From Calditrichaceae bacterium (GTDB taxonomy: Bacteria; Calditrichota; Calditrichia; Calditrichales; JBFXGD01): DNA of 16,152 bases. Under the pieces are notes generated by a model. That model was not told the DNA's origin, made no database searches, and saw only the letters and a program-made list of their open reading frames with translations. The first letter of the stretch is position 1; the number at the start of each line of letters is the position of its first letter. Below are positions 15,505 to 16,152 of this stretch, piece by piece. Location of the stretch: NCBI GenBank assembly GCA_050178385.1, contig JBFXGD010000068.1:1-16152 (forward strand). The letters are read 5' to 3'. Position numbers and translations under genes: made by a program.

Positions 15505-16152
15505 CTATTCGGAAGCCGGATTAACCGGCATAACCGGAACAGCGGTATAAACAAATAAAAACCGTTCGAGCAATTCACCAAGTACCAAAAAAATGCCAAT
15601 AAAATAGAAGCTCTCGATGTTGCCCAGAAAATGATATCCCACATATATCAACGGAATAAACAAACCTATGATTATACGTGAGGCAAAAAGCAAATTATGC
15701 TCCATCATCATAATCCGGGCCGTTTGATAGGTCTCAGCAGAACGTTTTGTCAAAAATTTAAACCGCGCGTAAATGATCAGAATTTCCAGCAGGAGAACAG
15801 TAAGAATCATATTTGCAATAAAATTCTGCATTTCCGGCCCGCTGAATACCCAAATCAATGCTGAAATCCCTGTTTTCGCAAGACCGGCCAGAATATTTGT
15901 TGCCGTTGTCGGATGTCTCCAGGCGGGTAAACCGTTTTTGATCAGAGCGTCCTGAAATTTATAAAACAGATAAACCGCAAATCCGGCCGCTGCCAATTCT
16001 CCTATTTTAATGCTGATTCCCGCTTTATGGAAGAGGTAAAAACCATACATTAACAGGATCAGAACACCAAAACCGTAGAATGTGGAACGCAATTTTATGG
16101 CCCATTCAAACCTTATCAGTTTTTCAACATTTGAACGGTATAAAATTCCCAC
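15505..16152 (-). CDS. 3' part of a DmsC/NrfD-like molybdoenzyme membrane-anchor subunit (5' end outside the window)
   Basis: Open frame to the window edge with several TM segments, a PAW(RHPTT) motif and C-terminal LGELLERFLF, typical of DmsC/NrfD anchors. Confidence 0.6.
   Translation of the reverse strand: MGILYRSNVEKLIRFEWAIKLRSTFYGFGVLILLMYGFYLFHKAGISIKIGELAAAGFAVYLFYKFQDALIKNGLPAWRHPTTATNILAGLAKTGISALIWVFSGPEMQNFIANMILTVLLLEILIIYARFKFLTKRSAETYQTARIMMMEHNLLFASRIIIGLFIPLIYVGYHFLGNIESFYFIGIFLVLGELLERFLFVYTAVPVMPVNPASE

Noticed and set aside
10530..15955. Shadow ORFs inside the large repeat gene and the last two genes, including the 199-aa 12614-13213
   Set aside because: Antisense or off-frame by-products of the real coding frames, with no family motifs.

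Overview
Gene-dense bacterial chromosomal window, AT-rich in the spacers and using Shine-Dalgarno signals. Gene content suggests an FCB-group/Calditrichota-like organism (inference only). Left to right: the 5' end of a minus-strand gene resembling a Pycsar-effector-family (DUF5706) membrane protein, missed by the ORF track; a DUF302 protein; an AmgK-like sugar phosphotransferase fused to a RapZ C-terminal domain; a MurU-like nucleotidyltransferase, separated from the kinase by a 407-bp mosaic of heptamer repeats and REP-like palindromes; a stand-alone PilZ protein; a DAACS symporter; a bacterial Vms1/ANKZF1-like release factor (bVLRF1); a small secreted DxDGDG-repeat protein with a sigma-54 promoter; rocD; an SDR; a DUF502 protein; a 1462-aa exported LVIVD beta-propeller plus 12 Ig/cadherin-like repeat protein; a sigma-54-preceded protein fusing a subtilase-prodomain-like domain to a TonB-C/AgmX-like domain; and the 3' part of a DmsC/NrfD-like membrane anchor. 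No rRNA, tRNA, CRISPR array or transposase was seen. All family calls are by motif recognition, not database search. No complete new system can be demonstrated from the sequence alone. The best leads are bVLRF1, the AmgK-RapZ-C/MurU locus with its structured spacer, and the two sigma-54-driven exported proteins.
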